A stretch of 60,843 nucleotides of DNA, filler included, from Candidatus Woesearchaeota archaeon CG1_02_57_44 (GCA_001871415.1; 6 parts of 6 records of this genome joined end to end with filler, not necessarily neighbours in it), one strand, 5' to 3'. Shown: positions 9,665 through 19,830, counted from the first letter of the whole stretch. The notes: a model not told the origin generated them from the sequence alone. Numbers and translations are program-made.

Positions 9665-11706
9665 TGTCGATTCCCTCCTCGGAGCCTGACGTCGTCGTGT
9701 CCGAAGCGCATGCGCGATGGCGGTCACGTCTTTCGCGCGCAGGATACGGTGTCTGTGTCCTGCTGGTCCTAGCTCTGCTCGCAGGATTCCTCCACTGGTC
9801 GCGACCCTGGGTATGGGTGCTCGCGTGCTGCTGGTCATTGCTTGGCCTTGTCTGGTTTGATGCGGTATTTGTCTCGACGCTGTTCTTATTGCCTCTGCTG
9901 CCGCGCAACCCAGCCATCGGCACGGCAAACTATGCGCTGGGTGAAGTGTTGGTCCTCTGCCTCGCGCTGGCATGGTTGTCGTCGACGATATGGAGGCAAC
10001 GTGGTGGTCCTGCTGGCAGGGGCGCTTCTGAGGGGAATATCGCCATGCCTGGCCTATTGCGCATGCTGCTGGTGTTCTTCGCGTTATCTGTGCTTGCTAC
10101 GCTTCCTGCCTTAGTGACATTTCCTCCAGGCTATGCCATGGTCAAGCAGGGGCCCTTTGGCATCGGCAGTTTCTTGTACCCCCTCAAAGAGCTGGTCAAC
10201 ACCTTCGAGGGCATCCTGCTAGCGCTGCTGTTGTGGACGTGGATGCGACCGACGGATGGCCGGAGACAGGAGTCTCGTCGCAAGCGAGCACTGTTCGCGT
10301 TGTTTTGCGCCTTCACCGTGATGGCGGCCTGGGGTCTGTTGCAAGGTCTGCGGCTGCTTCCTGTCAACGCCGCTTTCGCCGGAAGAGCTCTGGGGCCCTT
10401 CAACCACCCAAATATCCTCGCAGGCGCGCTCATCTTGCTCTTGCCGCTCACCCTGCTGCTTCAGACGCGCGTCCAGCGCGTATCGTTGCTGTCCCTTGGG
10501 CTGGCGGCGCTCTTCTCCACAGCTTCGCGAGGAGCTGGTGTGGCATTGTTCCTCGCGATGCTCCTGTACAGGCGGCGGCTGGGCATAAGCGTCAAGCATC
10601 TGGCATTGCTCTTGCTGTTCTCTGTGCTGCTGCTCGGCGCGCGCGCGAACATGGTGCATGACCTGGAGCTACGCATGGGCATCTACCGCGCGGCACTCGT
10701 CGCTATACCGGCACATCCGTCGGGTGTGGGGGCAGGGACGCTCTATCTTCGACACCTGTTGCCCGAGACGATACTTCATGCGCACAATATCGTCCTGCAA
10801 TATGCTCTTGAGCGGGGATGGCTCGCCGCGCTGGCGTTCCTGTTGGCCGTGTTGCTGGTGTATCGTACAGATAAGAGCAGGCCTGACAAGACCGGCGCCT
10901 GCATCATGACTGGGGTGAGCGCGCTGTTTCTCTATGGCCTGTGGGACTACTTGTTCTTTTCGCAACGGTTGTATCTGCTTTTCATCGCGATGCTGATTGT
11001 GGCATACATCCGGATGGCGAATCCTGCAAGACCATCAGCCAGAGATGATGAGCAGCGCGTGTCAGCACAACACGTTCAGGTCCTGATACCGGCGTATAAT
11101 GAGGAGCAATGTATCGGAGCGACGGTGCGAGCGTGGCAGGCGGTCGGTGATGTCATCGTCGCTGACAGCGGCAGCAGCGACGGGACAGCGGCGGTGGCAC
11201 GGGATGCTGGCGCGCGGGTGGTTGCCTGCGGGCGTGGTAAAGGCAGGGCTGTCAGGAAGCTGCTGCAAGAGGCAGGAGCGGTGAACATCCTAGTGGACGC
11301 CGACGGGGCGTTTTCTCCTGAGGACGGCGAGATGATGCTCGCGCAGCTCAGAGGTGGTGCTGCTGATATGGTCATCGGCAGACGTGAGGATCGCGACGCG
11401 CACAACAGCGATAACGTGGTCGTGCGTCGCCTCGGCGCGAAGTGGTATCAGTGTCTGTATCATTGGCGCACAGGCAGGGATGATGATTTCCTCTGCGGGC
11501 TGCGGGCGTTCAACCACAAGGTGGCGGCTCTGCCGTTGGTGAGCACTGGCTTTGGCATCGATACCGAGATGGCCCTGTTCGCGCATGAGGCGGGTTTGCG
11601 CGTGCTGTCGCAACCCGTGACGCTGCGGGCGCGCTCGGCAGGCGAGCAGAAATCGAATGTCTGGAACGTCGGTCCTGTGGCTTTATGGCATCTCCTGTTC
11701 AGTTGA
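9664..11706 (+). CDS. O-antigen-ligase-like membrane domain fused to a DPM1-like GT2
   Basis: RALGPFNHPN, TASRG, HAHNIVLQYALERG, followed by VLIPAYNEE, DSGSSDGT, GKG, VDADG, GFGIDTEM. Confidence 0.8.
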   Translation: MSIPSSEPDVVVSEAHARWRSRLSRAGYGVCVLLVLALLAGFLHWSRPWVWVLACCWSLLGLVWFDAVFVSTLFLLPLLPRNPAIGTANYALGEVLVLCLALAWLSSTIWRQRGGPAGRGASEGNIAMPGLLRMLLVFFALSVLATLPALVTFPPGYAMVKQGPFGIGSFLYPLKELVNTFEGILLALLLWTWMRPTDGRRQESRRKRALFALFCAFTVMAAWGLLQGLRLLPVNAAFAGRALGPFNHPNILAGALILLLPLTLLLQTRVQRVSLLSLGLAALFSTASRGAGVALFLAMLLYRRRLGISVKHLALLLLFSVLLLGARANMVHDLELRMGIYRAALVAIPAHPSGVGAGTLYLRHLLPETILHAHNIVLQYALERGWLAALAFLLAVLLVYRTDKSRPDKTGACIMTGVSALFLYGLWDYLFFSQRLYLLFIAMLIVAYIRMANPARPSARDDEQRVSAQHVQVLIPAYNEEQCIGATVRAWQAVGDVIVADSGSSDGTAAVARDAGARVVACGRGKGRAVRKLLQEAGAVNILVDADGAFSPEDGEMMLAQLRGGAADMVIGRREDRDAHNSDNVVVRRLGAKWYQCLYHWRTGRDDDFLCGLRAFNHKVAALPLVSTGFGIDTEMALFAHEAGLRVLSQPVTLRARSAGEQKSNVWNVGPVALWHLLFS

Positions 11707-11751
11707 GTCATGTACTGTCCAGATGGTTCTTGCGCTTCTCATGACGGGCTT

Positions 11752-12444
11752 CTATTGCGTGCTTTGCCGGGTGCTTCTCAGAAGGAAGCGAGCGTGACGC
11801 AGTCCGTCCCGCAACGGATGCAGCTTTGATCGGGTGGCGCGTCTTCGGTACTGTATCGGGACCTCGATGATGCGCGTGTCGCATGCTGCGGCCTTTGCCA
11901 GCAGCTCGATGGCGAATTCCATGCCGGTCTCCTTCAGGTGCAGCTTGCTGAGCAAGTCCGCCTTGATGACGCGCAGGCCGCAGTGGGTGTCGGACAAGGG
12001 CGTGGCTAGGGACGCTCGATATTTGCGGTTGAACCATGCGGTGAAGAATCGATTGCCGACACGGCGGGTCAGGCCCATGGCTCCTGGCTGCATGCGGCCG
12101 TGAAAGCGCGAGCCCAGCACCAGATCCGCGTGGTAATCGGTTCTGGCCTTGAGCATGTGGGGAATATCTTCCGGGTCATATGTTCCGTCGGCGTCCATCA
12201 TGACGATGACGCGACCCTTCGCGTGCGGCAGCGCTTGCAGATACGCTGCGCCATAGCCACGCAGGCAGTGGCTGATGACTTTTGCGCCACACGAGCGGGC
12301 GATGCTTGCCGAATGGTCTTTGCTTGAGTCCGAGACGATTATCTCGTGGCTCATCCCCTTCAGGGCGCTGCGGATGCCTTTGATGCACGCGCCGATGGTC
12401 GTCTGCTCATCGCGGCAGGGAAGGATGATGGTGACTGCGGGCAT
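11752..12444 (-). CDS. DPM1-like GT2 (dolichol-phosphate glycosyltransferase)
   Basis: IILPCRDE, GYG, MDADGTY, LVLGSR, DTHCGLR, GMEFAIE, EVPIQY, SKL..LRDG. Confidence 0.9.
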   Translation of the reverse strand: MPAVTIILPCRDEQTTIGACIKGIRSALKGMSHEIIVSDSSKDHSASIARSCGAKVISHCLRGYGAAYLQALPHAKGRVIVMMDADGTYDPEDIPHMLKARTDYHADLVLGSRFHGRMQPGAMGLTRRVGNRFFTAWFNRKYRASLATPLSDTHCGLRVIKADLLSKLHLKETGMEFAIELLAKAAACDTRIIEVPIQYRRRATRSKLHPLRDGLRHARFLLRSTRQSTQ

Positions 12445-12606
12445 GAGTGATGATGGGATGGGTGGGTTTAAGAAATTTGTTGCTGGTTCTCGGATTATGC
12501 GCAGGTATGCATGCGCTCTTGAGCGCAGTTGGCCCTCGCTGTGGTCTTTCAGAAATGGTGTACGTAGTACGGAATTGGAGCGGATTCGAGAAATGATAGA
12601 TTAAAA

Positions 12607-12680
12607 TGGGGCGGACGGAATTTGAATCCGTGACACCACGGTCTTCAGCCGTGTGCTCTCCCAGGCTGAGCTACCGCCCC
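12607..12680 (-). tRNA. tRNA-Phe(GAA)
   Basis: Reverse complement GGGGCGGTAGCTCAGCCTGGGAGAGCACACGGCTGAAGACCGTGGTGTCACGGATTCAAATTCCGTCCGCCCCA folds as a cloverleaf with anticodon GAA. Confidence 0.95.
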
Positions 12681-12699
12681 GGGAAAAACAGGCCGTAAC

Positions 12700-13065
12700 C
12701 TAAAAGACGTCTTCCTCAGACTCTTCGTCCAGGGCAGCGTCTGGCTCTGGCGCGGATGCGGCAGACCCATCGTCATCACCTTCGAGTACTTCTAGCTTGC
12801 CGAACCTGCCTGTGGACAGCTGAGCCTTTCCCTGCCACTCGCCTACCCAACCATTGGTTATCTTGATTCTCTGACCTACCTTGATCTGATCGACCTGGTC
12901 GTTCCAGAGCGTCAGCGCAATCTCGCCAGTGTCGTCCTTAAGGGTGCCATTCGCCAGGCGCAGCTCGCGGCCGTACTTGTTTATGGTCTTGGGTTCTGTG
13001 ACTTCGGTCACGGTCGCGATAAGCTCTACTTTTCCAGTATTCGGTTTGAGGTCCTTGATTGCCAT
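12700..13065 (-). CDS. Single-OB-fold ssDNA-binding protein (SSB/RPA-like) with acidic tail
   Basis: MAIKDLKP, LKDDTGEIALTLWN, GQRIKITNGWV, LSTGRFG; tail EESEEDVF. Confidence 0.9.
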   Translation of the reverse strand: MAIKDLKPNTGKVELIATVTEVTEPKTINKYGRELRLANGTLKDDTGEIALTLWNDQVDQIKVGQRIKITNGWVGEWQGKAQLSTGRFGKLEVLEGDDDGSAASAPEPDAALDEESEEDVF

Positions 13066-13225
13066 GGGCTGGCGGACTCGGGCAGCATATATAATATTAT
13101 CGGTGGTTTTTTCGCAGGTTTTGCAGTATCCGTCGCATTGGGTCTTACCAGGGCGTTTCGCCGTTTCTCGTGGTCTCTGCTCTTCGTTGGCAAAGCTTAT
13201 AAGGCCTACCGCAGTATCCCGGGCC

Positions 13226-15220
13226 ATGGCACAGGAAAACGCGGGCAAGGGCGCAAGTGATAGCACTGTGGGCGCTGTTGAGGGAAGCAAGGCAGAGCGC
13301 ATCGATGATGGCATGGTCGGCAAGGGCTCTGGCATCTCCGGCGGCCTTCGCAGGACCCATACGTGCGGTGATCTGCGTAATACTGACGACGGTTCCGCTG
13401 TTGTCCTGAATGGCTGGGTTCACACGCGCCGTGACCATGGTGGTGTCATCTTCATCGACCTTCGCGACCGCTATGGGTTCACACAGGTCGTGTTCAATCC
13501 TGGCACAGACTTCTTTTCCCAAGCAGAGAAGCTTCGGCGCGAGGATGTCATCGCGGTCCAGGGGCTTGTCAGGCCGCGCCCGGATGGCATGATAAATCCT
13601 CACCTCACGACCGGTGAGATTGAAGTGCTCGCAGAAGCGCTCGTCATCCTGAACAAGGCGGAAGTCCCTCCGCTGGAAGTCGACGACCGCGTGGACGCTT
13701 CGGAGGACATGCGCCTGCAATACCGATATCTCGACCTGCGCAGGCCAAAGGTGGCAGGCGCCCTGCAGCTTCGCCACAGGATTGTGTCGTCTGTCCGGGA
13801 TTTTTTCAATCAGGGAGGGTTCCTTGACATCGAGACCCCCATACTCTGTCGCAGCACGCCTGAAGGCGCACGCGACTACCTGGTCCCTTCGAGGGTGCAT
13901 CCTGGCAAGTTCTACGCGTTGCCACAGAGCCCGCAGCTCTACAAGCAGAGTCTTATGATATCAGGGCTTGACCGCTACTATCAGATAGCCAAGTGCTTTC
14001 GCGACGAGGACCTTCGCGCTGACCGTCAGCCTGAATTCACCCAGATCGACGTCGAGATGAGCTTTGTGGATTCCGATGATGTCCTTTCGGTCATGGAACA
14101 CCTGATGGCCAAGCTCTGGAAGGAGGTCCTTGGTGTGGATCTGCACCTGCCGTTCCCACGGTACACGTTCCAGGATGTCATGGAGACCTATGGCACAGAC
14201 AAGCCAGATTTGCGTTATGGCCTGAAACTGGTCGATGTCACCTCGCTGGTCAAGAGCTGCTCCTTTCAGGTATTCTCCAGCAACGATGTCCGGATGCTGC
14301 GGGTTCCTGGTGGCGGGAAGTTCTCGCGCAATGACGTCGATGGTCTTATCGCCTTCGCCCAGCAGCAGGGTGCAAAGGGTCTTGCCTGGATGAAATCCGA
14401 GAATGGCACGCTCACCGGCAGCATCACCAAGTATTTCTCTCCTGAAGAGCTGATCGCGCTACGCGCGGCGGCGCCCGCGGATGATGGGCAGGGATCTGTT
14501 GCGCAGGGATATGCGTCACCAGGGGGCGCGTCGGATGCCGGGGTCAGCGCAGGTGTCAAGGATGGCGACCTTCTGCTCTTCATGGCGGGACCTGACAGCA
14601 GAAAGAATTGCACCTACCTGGGCAAGGTCAGGCAGCGCGTGGCCGAGATGCTGGGACTGATTCCCGTCGTCACTAATGAAAAGGAAACCTCATGGAATTT
14701 CTCCTGGACAACTGATTTTCCGCTCTTTGAGTATAGCGAGGAAGAGAATCGGTATATGGCTATGCACCATCCGTTCACGAGCCCGATGCTCGAGGATATG
14801 CACTTGCTCGACGAGCAGCCGGGCAAGGTGCGCAGCAAAGCATACGATCTCATCCTCAATGGCAATGAGCTCGGTGGCGGCAGCATCAGGATCCACGAGC
14901 GAGCGGTGCAGCAGCGCATGTTCCGGGCGCTGGGCATAAGCGACGCGCAGGCGCAGGAGAAATTCGGTTTCCTGCTCGAGGCATTGACCTATGGCGCACC
15001 TCCACACGGAGGCATCGCGTTTGGATTGGATAGACTTTGCACGCTCATGGGTGGCTACACCAGCATACGGGATGTCATCGCGTTTCCCAAGACAAAGACT
15101 GCTGAGTCATTGATGGACGGCTCGCCCGGCGCTGTTGATGACGCGCAGCTCAAGGAGCTGCATATCGGGCTGTCTGCTGAGGCGAAGGCGGCGAAGGCCG
15201 CGATGCAGGCGAAGAAGTGA
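13226..15220 (+). CDS. aspS: Bacterial-type aspartyl-tRNA synthetase, probably non-discriminating (Asp/Asn)
   Basis: RTHTCG, RRDHGGVIF, ALPQSPQ, FRDEDLRADRQPEFTQID, GAD-type insertion, HHPFT, GGGSIRIH, APPHGGIAFGLDR. Confidence 0.95.
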   Translation: MAQENAGKGASDSTVGAVEGSKAERIDDGMVGKGSGISGGLRRTHTCGDLRNTDDGSAVVLNGWVHTRRDHGGVIFIDLRDRYGFTQVVFNPGTDFFSQAEKLRREDVIAVQGLVRPRPDGMINPHLTTGEIEVLAEALVILNKAEVPPLEVDDRVDASEDMRLQYRYLDLRRPKVAGALQLRHRIVSSVRDFFNQGGFLDIETPILCRSTPEGARDYLVPSRVHPGKFYALPQSPQLYKQSLMISGLDRYYQIAKCFRDEDLRADRQPEFTQIDVEMSFVDSDDVLSVMEHLMAKLWKEVLGVDLHLPFPRYTFQDVMETYGTDKPDLRYGLKLVDVTSLVKSCSFQVFSSNDVRMLRVPGGGKFSRNDVDGLIAFAQQQGAKGLAWMKSENGTLTGSITKYFSPEELIALRAAAPADDGQGSVAQGYASPGGASDAGVSAGVKDGDLLLFMAGPDSRKNCTYLGKVRQRVAEMLGLIPVVTNEKETSWNFSWTTDFPLFEYSEEENRYMAMHHPFTSPMLEDMHLLDEQPGKVRSKAYDLILNGNELGGGSIRIHERAVQQRMFRALGISDAQAQEKFGFLLEALTYGAPPHGGIAFGLDRLCTLMGGYTSIRDVIAFPKTKTAESLMDGSPGAVDDAQLKELHIGLSAEAKAAKAAMQAKK

Positions 15221-15334
15221 GCACGAGATGAGCGCGGCTAAGTGAGTATGACGCGGGCGCGAAGCGATCGCGCGTCCTTTCTGCGTCCTTTCTTCTTGCA
15301 TATCTTCACTCTTCTTCGTCAGTACCTGCAGCTT

Positions 15335-15360
15335 CCATGAACCGCAGCCATGAACCGCAG
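15335..15360. repeat. 13-bp direct duplication in intergenic DNA
   Basis: CCATGAACCGCAG twice, just upstream of a TATA-like box. Confidence 0.8.
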
Positions 15361-15361
15361 C

Positions 15362-15373
15362 AAACCTTATAAG
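15362..15373 (+). promoter_or_regulatory. Putative archaeal BRE/TATA promoter
   Basis: AAACCTTATAAG about 25 bp upstream of the ATG at 15396 (leaderless-type spacing). Confidence 0.55.
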
Positions 15374-15395
15374 GCAGCGGTGTCAAAATAACCTT

Positions 15396-15653
15396 ATGGA
15401 GATAGTGTATCACACTCTGGGAGGCATCGGCCTTCTGCTCATCACTATAGGCATCATCACCCACAAGCGGCTCACGCAGGATGTCCTGTACCTGGTAGGT
15501 GGCATCCTCCTGGAGATCTACAGCCTGTACATCCGCGATAACATCTTCATCATCCTGCAGCTCGTCTTCATCCTCGCGGCGCTCGTCGACCTGGTGGTGC
15601 GCCACCCGGCCAGGGCAAAAGGCAGGGCGACACAGAAGCGCCAGAGAGGATGA
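15396..15653 (+). CDS. Small 3-TM membrane protein
   Basis: Three hydrophobic helices; TATA box upstream. Confidence 0.7.
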   Translation: MEIVYHTLGGIGLLLITIGIITHKRLTQDVLYLVGGILLEIYSLYIRDNIFIILQLVFILAALVDLVVRHPARAKGRATQKRQRG

Positions 15654-15712
15654 TTCGCTGGTTATCTCTCTTCGGCAAGATAATATCATAATAATCCGGT
15701 AAGAACAAAGAG

Positions 15713-16366
15713 GTGCATGACATGTTACACAAGAACAAGGAATACTTCTCCAGTCCGACCAAGACCTCAATCGAGGTCAAGAAAGAGATCACCGAGGGAT
15801 TCAAGATACTCAACAGCATCGACAGGCCACTCGTCACCATCTTCGGCAGTCACATCACGCCAAAATCGCATGCAGACTACAAGCATGCGTATCGCCTGGG
15901 AAAGACCCTGGCAAAGAAGGGCTATGCGGTCGCCACCGGCGGCGGCCCGGGCATCATGGAAGCGGCCAACCGCGGCGCATTTGACGCAGGCGCCCCTAGC
16001 GTCGGACTGCGGGCGGCATTGCTCAAGCAGGAAGTCGTCGACGGCAACTGCCACACGCACGACATGGGATTCGTGTTCATGTTCGTGCGACGCTTCATGC
16101 TCAGCATCAAGAGCGAGGCGCTCATCTTCTATCCGGGCGGTTATGGCACGCTCAACGAGCTCTTCGAGTTCACGGTGCTGATACAGACCGGCATGACCGA
16201 CAAGGTCCCGCTCATCCTCGTGAACAAGGATTTCTGGAAGGGTATGCAGAGTTGGCTCACCAAGGGCAAGAACACGTTCTATCATGACGCCAAGAAGGAC
16301 TTCGGGCTGCTGTCGAGCGCTGATACGGTGCAGGACGTGATGCGGCTGCTACCCGCCATCGAGTAG
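15713..16366 (+). CDS. LOG-family (TIGR00730-like) nucleotide phosphoribohydrolase
   Basis: VTIFGS, TGGGPGIMEAANRGA, FVRR, PGGYGTLNELFE. Confidence 0.9.
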   Translation: MHDMLHKNKEYFSSPTKTSIEVKKEITEGFKILNSIDRPLVTIFGSHITPKSHADYKHAYRLGKTLAKKGYAVATGGGPGIMEAANRGAFDAGAPSVGLRAALLKQEVVDGNCHTHDMGFVFMFVRRFMLSIKSEALIFYPGGYGTLNELFEFTVLIQTGMTDKVPLILVNKDFWKGMQSWLTKGKNTFYHDAKKDFGLLSSADTVQDVMRLLPAIE

Positions 16367-16445
16367 CGCAACAGTGCCATAAACGCTTTTGCGGACGTAC
16401 GCGCCGCCAAAAAACATATAAGCCGCAAGGCAGTCCAGCACTACC

Positions 16446-16730
16446 GTGGACGTCACGACTGATACTATCAGGCATATCGCCAAACTGGCAAGGCTTTCGC
16501 TGACAGAGGCAGAGGTCGAAGCGTTCGTCCCACAGTTCCAGGAGATCCTGGGTCTTTTCGCCGAGCTGGACGCGGTCGATGTCTCTGAAGCAGCTCCTAG
16601 CTTCCACGCGCTGCAGCTTGGCGAGGCGCTCGCTGATGATGCTCCTGAAGCTTGCCTTTCACAGGAGCAGGCGCTCTCGCTCACGCCTCACAGGCAGGAT
16701 GGCTATTTCAAAGGCCCGAAGGTGGTCTGA
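16446..16730 (+). CDS. gatC: Asp/Glu-tRNA amidotransferase subunit C
   Basis: IRHIAKLARLSL, GYFKGPKV; directly upstream of gatA. Confidence 0.9.
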   Translation: MDVTTDTIRHIAKLARLSLTEAEVEAFVPQFQEILGLFAELDAVDVSEAAPSFHALQLGEALADDAPEACLSQEQALSLTPHRQDGYFKGPKVV

Positions 16731-18322
16731 TGGTCCGCGCCGGTCCTGATAAGGAGGGTTCTTCGGAAGCGCCTGTGCAAAGAGGGGCGTTGCCTGTCGC
16801 CGCTTTTGTCGCGCAGGTGAATGCCTGCGCTGTCGATGTCGTCGCCCACACCGAGCAGGCGCTCACAGAGCTTGCGGCCCTTGATGAACAGCACCATTTC
16901 TTCACGGTCATGACTCCAGAGCTCGCGCGAGCGCAGGCCCAAGCAGTCACAGCGAAGATCGCGCAGGGCTGGAAAGGCAGGCTCGCTGGCGTTCCGCTGT
17001 CGGTCAAGGACTGTCTCTGTGTCGAGGGCGTGCTTTCGCAGGCAGGAAGCAAGGCGCTGGAAGGATACGCGCCAGTGTTTTCGGCCACAGCTGTCCAGCG
17101 CTGCATCGACGAAGGCGCTATCATCGTCGGCAAGACATCGCAGGATGAGTTCGGCTTTGGCAGCTTCTCCACTAACGTCGGTATCGGTTTTGCTGTTCCC
17201 ACGAATCCGCATGATCCGTCGCGCGCGTGCGGCGGCAGCAGCGGCGGCAGCGCTGGTGTGACGGCGCTTACCAGACTGCCGCACCTCTCCATCGCGGAGA
17301 GCACAGGCGGCAGCATCGCTAGTCCTGCGAGCTTCTGCGGCGTCGCAGGGTTGTGCCCGACCTACGGGCAGGTCTCGCGCTACGGTCTTCTGGATTACGC
17401 GAATTCACTGGATAAGATAGGCAGCATGGGCAAGAGCGTCGATGACGCGGCATTGCTGCTGTCGGTCATGGCAGGGCATGATACGAAGGACAGCACGTCG
17501 CTGCCTGACGCGGGGTTCGACTACTCTGCTATCGCGTCGACGCGCGCTGCCGATGGATTGTCCCCTGTGGAAGGATTGCGCATCGGAGTGCTCGCTGATT
17601 TCTTCGGAGAAGGAGTGCTGCCAGAAGTGCGAGAGCACGTGCAGCGCGCGGCGCAGCAGCTTGCTGACGCCGGAGCGCGCCTGAAAAGTGTTTCACTTCC
17701 ACTCACGGCAAAGCAGGGCGTCGGCGCCTACTACATGACCGCGGTCACAGAAGCGTCAACGAATCTCGCCAAATACTGCGGCATCCGCTATGGCCATGCC
17801 CCTGCGCTCTCTGTGGACGAGGATTTCAACGCGTCCTTCACCCGGGCGCGCAGCGAGTCCTTCGGCACGGAAGCCAAGCGGCGCATCATGCTGGGAACAT
17901 TCGCTCGCATGGCGGGCTACCGCGACGCCTACTACATACGCGCCGCGAAAGTGCGTACGCTCATCCTGCGCGAGTATGAAGAGGCATTCAGCAAGGTCGA
18001 TGTGCTGCTCTGCCCCACCATGCCGGTGCTGCCTCCTCGCTTTGATGAGATAGCCAAGCTCACACCCTTGCAGAATTATCTCATGGACATCATGACGGTC
18101 GGGCCGAATCTCGCAGGGCTGCCGCACTTGTCTGTGCCTTGCGGGTGGGTCGCTGCGGACGCGGGCAGGGGCTCTGCTGTAGGCGGCGCTGGTGGGAGCG
18201 ATACGGTGTTCCTGCCTGTCGGCTGTATGCTCATATCGCCGCACAAGCGAGAAGACGTGCTTGTGCAGGCAGGGCGCATTATCCGCCCCGCGCCAGCGCT
18301 GGCCAAGGGTGATGAATCATGA
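16730..18322 (+). CDS. gatA: Asp/Glu-tRNA amidotransferase subunit A
   Basis: Amidase signature VKD, GKT..DEF, GGSSGGSA, STGGSI; KRRIMLG; start overlaps the gatC stop. Confidence 0.95.
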   Translation: MVRAGPDKEGSSEAPVQRGALPVAAFVAQVNACAVDVVAHTEQALTELAALDEQHHFFTVMTPELARAQAQAVTAKIAQGWKGRLAGVPLSVKDCLCVEGVLSQAGSKALEGYAPVFSATAVQRCIDEGAIIVGKTSQDEFGFGSFSTNVGIGFAVPTNPHDPSRACGGSSGGSAGVTALTRLPHLSIAESTGGSIASPASFCGVAGLCPTYGQVSRYGLLDYANSLDKIGSMGKSVDDAALLLSVMAGHDTKDSTSLPDAGFDYSAIASTRAADGLSPVEGLRIGVLADFFGEGVLPEVREHVQRAAQQLADAGARLKSVSLPLTAKQGVGAYYMTAVTEASTNLAKYCGIRYGHAPALSVDEDFNASFTRARSESFGTEAKRRIMLGTFARMAGYRDAYYIRAAKVRTLILREYEEAFSKVDVLLCPTMPVLPPRFDEIAKLTPLQNYLMDIMTVGPNLAGLPHLSVPCGWVAADAGRGSAVGGAGGSDTVFLPVGCMLISPHKREDVLVQAGRIIRPAPALAKGDES

Positions 18323-19830
18323 GCGCGCAATCGCATTCTCCGGGCGATCACGGCGGCCACGGTGGCTCCAGCGTCTCTGGCGGCTCCGACGGTCCCCCTG
18401 GCAAACCTGCATTCACGACGCCCATTGTCATAGGGCTCGAGATACACGCTGAGCTCAAGACCAAGACCAAGCTGTTCTGCCGCTGCCCGACCGGGAGCGC
18501 GACAGCTGACGGCAAGGGCGCTGTCGATGGGTCGGAATCGCCCAACACACGCACCTGCCCTATCTGCCTTGGCATGCCTGGCAGCAAGCCCGTGCTCAAC
18601 AAGCTGGCGCTGCAGCATGGCCTGTTGCTCTCGCTCGCGTGCAACTGCGAGATAGCGCCAACGCTCGTGTTCTCGCGCAAATCCTACTTCTATCCTGACC
18701 TCGCCAAGAACTATCAGATAACCCAGTACGAGCTTCCCCTGGGCAGCGACGGAAAAGTGGTGGTGGGCGGCAAGCCCGTCGGCATCACGCGCGTGCACCT
18801 GGAGGAGGATCCCGCCTCGCTGGTGCACCCCTCCGGTGTCGGTGGCTCGCGCTTCGTGCTCATCGACTACAACCGCAGCGGCAATCCGCTGGCGGAGATT
18901 GTGAGCGCACCGGATATGGCGTCGCCGGCAGAGGCGCGCGATTTTTTGAACTGGTTGCTCACGACGCTGGATTACCTGGGTATCTTCGCGAAGGACGCTA
19001 TCATCAAGGCGGACGCGAATGTGAGCATCAAGGAGAGCGGGTATACCCGTGTCGAGATAAAGAATATCACAGGATTCAAGGAGATAGAGCGCGCCCTTGC
19101 CTATGAGGCCGAGCGGCAGCGCAAGGATGTCGATGGCGTGGTGCAGGAGACGCGCTCATGGGACGCGCTGGCCGGCGTGACGCGCAGCATGCGCACCAAG
19201 GAGACTGAGCAGGACTATGGATACATCATCGACACGGACCTTGTGCCCATCGCCATCACCACCGAGATGATACAGCAGGCGCGAGAGCTGCTGCCTGAGC
19301 TTGCGGACGCGAAAGAGCAGCGCTACCTCGCCCTGGGCGTAGGCGAGACTGACGCACGCGTTATCAGCCAGGACAAGGAGCTTGCCCGTGTGTTCGAGCT
19401 GGCGGCGGCCAAGGTCGAGCCTGTGCTGGTCGGCAAGTGGGTGCGACGGGAGTTGGCTCGCGTCGCTAACTATAACTCCCTTTGTGTCGGAGACATCGAC
19501 ACCACGCAATTCATCGCGTTGCTTGAACTCCTGTCGGAGCGCAAGGTCACTGAGACCACGGCGCAAAGGCTGCTTGAAGAGCTCGGCGCCGGCAGCTTTG
19601 ATGTGCGCGGTCGCGTGGCGGCTGACGGGCTCGGCGTGGTCGCTGACGCTGGGGCGCTTGAGGGGATGTGCAAGGAGGCCATCGCAGAAGCGCCGCAGGC
19701 TGTCTCGGAGTATCGCGCGGGGGAAGAGAAGGCGCTCAACTTCATCATCGGCATCGTGATGCGCAAGAGCAAGGGCAAGGCCGAGCCGAAACTGGTGAAA
19801 GAGCATTTGCACGCACTGCTTTCTGCATGA
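18319..19830 (+). CDS. gatB: Asp/Glu-tRNA amidotransferase subunit B
   Basis: IGLEIHAEL, RKSYFYPDL.KNYQITQY, HLEED, DYNRSG.PL.EIV, RVEIKN, C-terminal Yqey-like domain. Confidence 0.95.
   Translation: MSAQSHSPGDHGGHGGSSVSGGSDGPPGKPAFTTPIVIGLEIHAELKTKTKLFCRCPTGSATADGKGAVDGSESPNTRTCPICLGMPGSKPVLNKLALQHGLLLSLACNCEIAPTLVFSRKSYFYPDLAKNYQITQYELPLGSDGKVVVGGKPVGITRVHLEEDPASLVHPSGVGGSRFVLIDYNRSGNPLAEIVSAPDMASPAEARDFLNWLLTTLDYLGIFAKDAIIKADANVSIKESGYTRVEIKNITGFKEIERALAYEAERQRKDVDGVVQETRSWDALAGVTRSMRTKETEQDYGYIIDTDLVPIAITTEMIQQARELLPELADAKEQRYLALGVGETDARVISQDKELARVFELAAAKVEPVLVGKWVRRELARVANYNSLCVGDIDTTQFIALLELLSERKVTETTAQRLLEELGAGSFDVRGRVAADGLGVVADAGALEGMCKEAIAEAPQAVSEYRAGEEKALNFIIGIVMRKSKGKAEPKLVKEHLHALLSA

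Noticed and set aside
12929..13335. Apparent long head-to-head overlap of the aspS and SSB ORFs
   Set aside because: Caused by upstream alternative starts; homology begins at 13226 (+) and 13065 (-) with TATA-like boxes between
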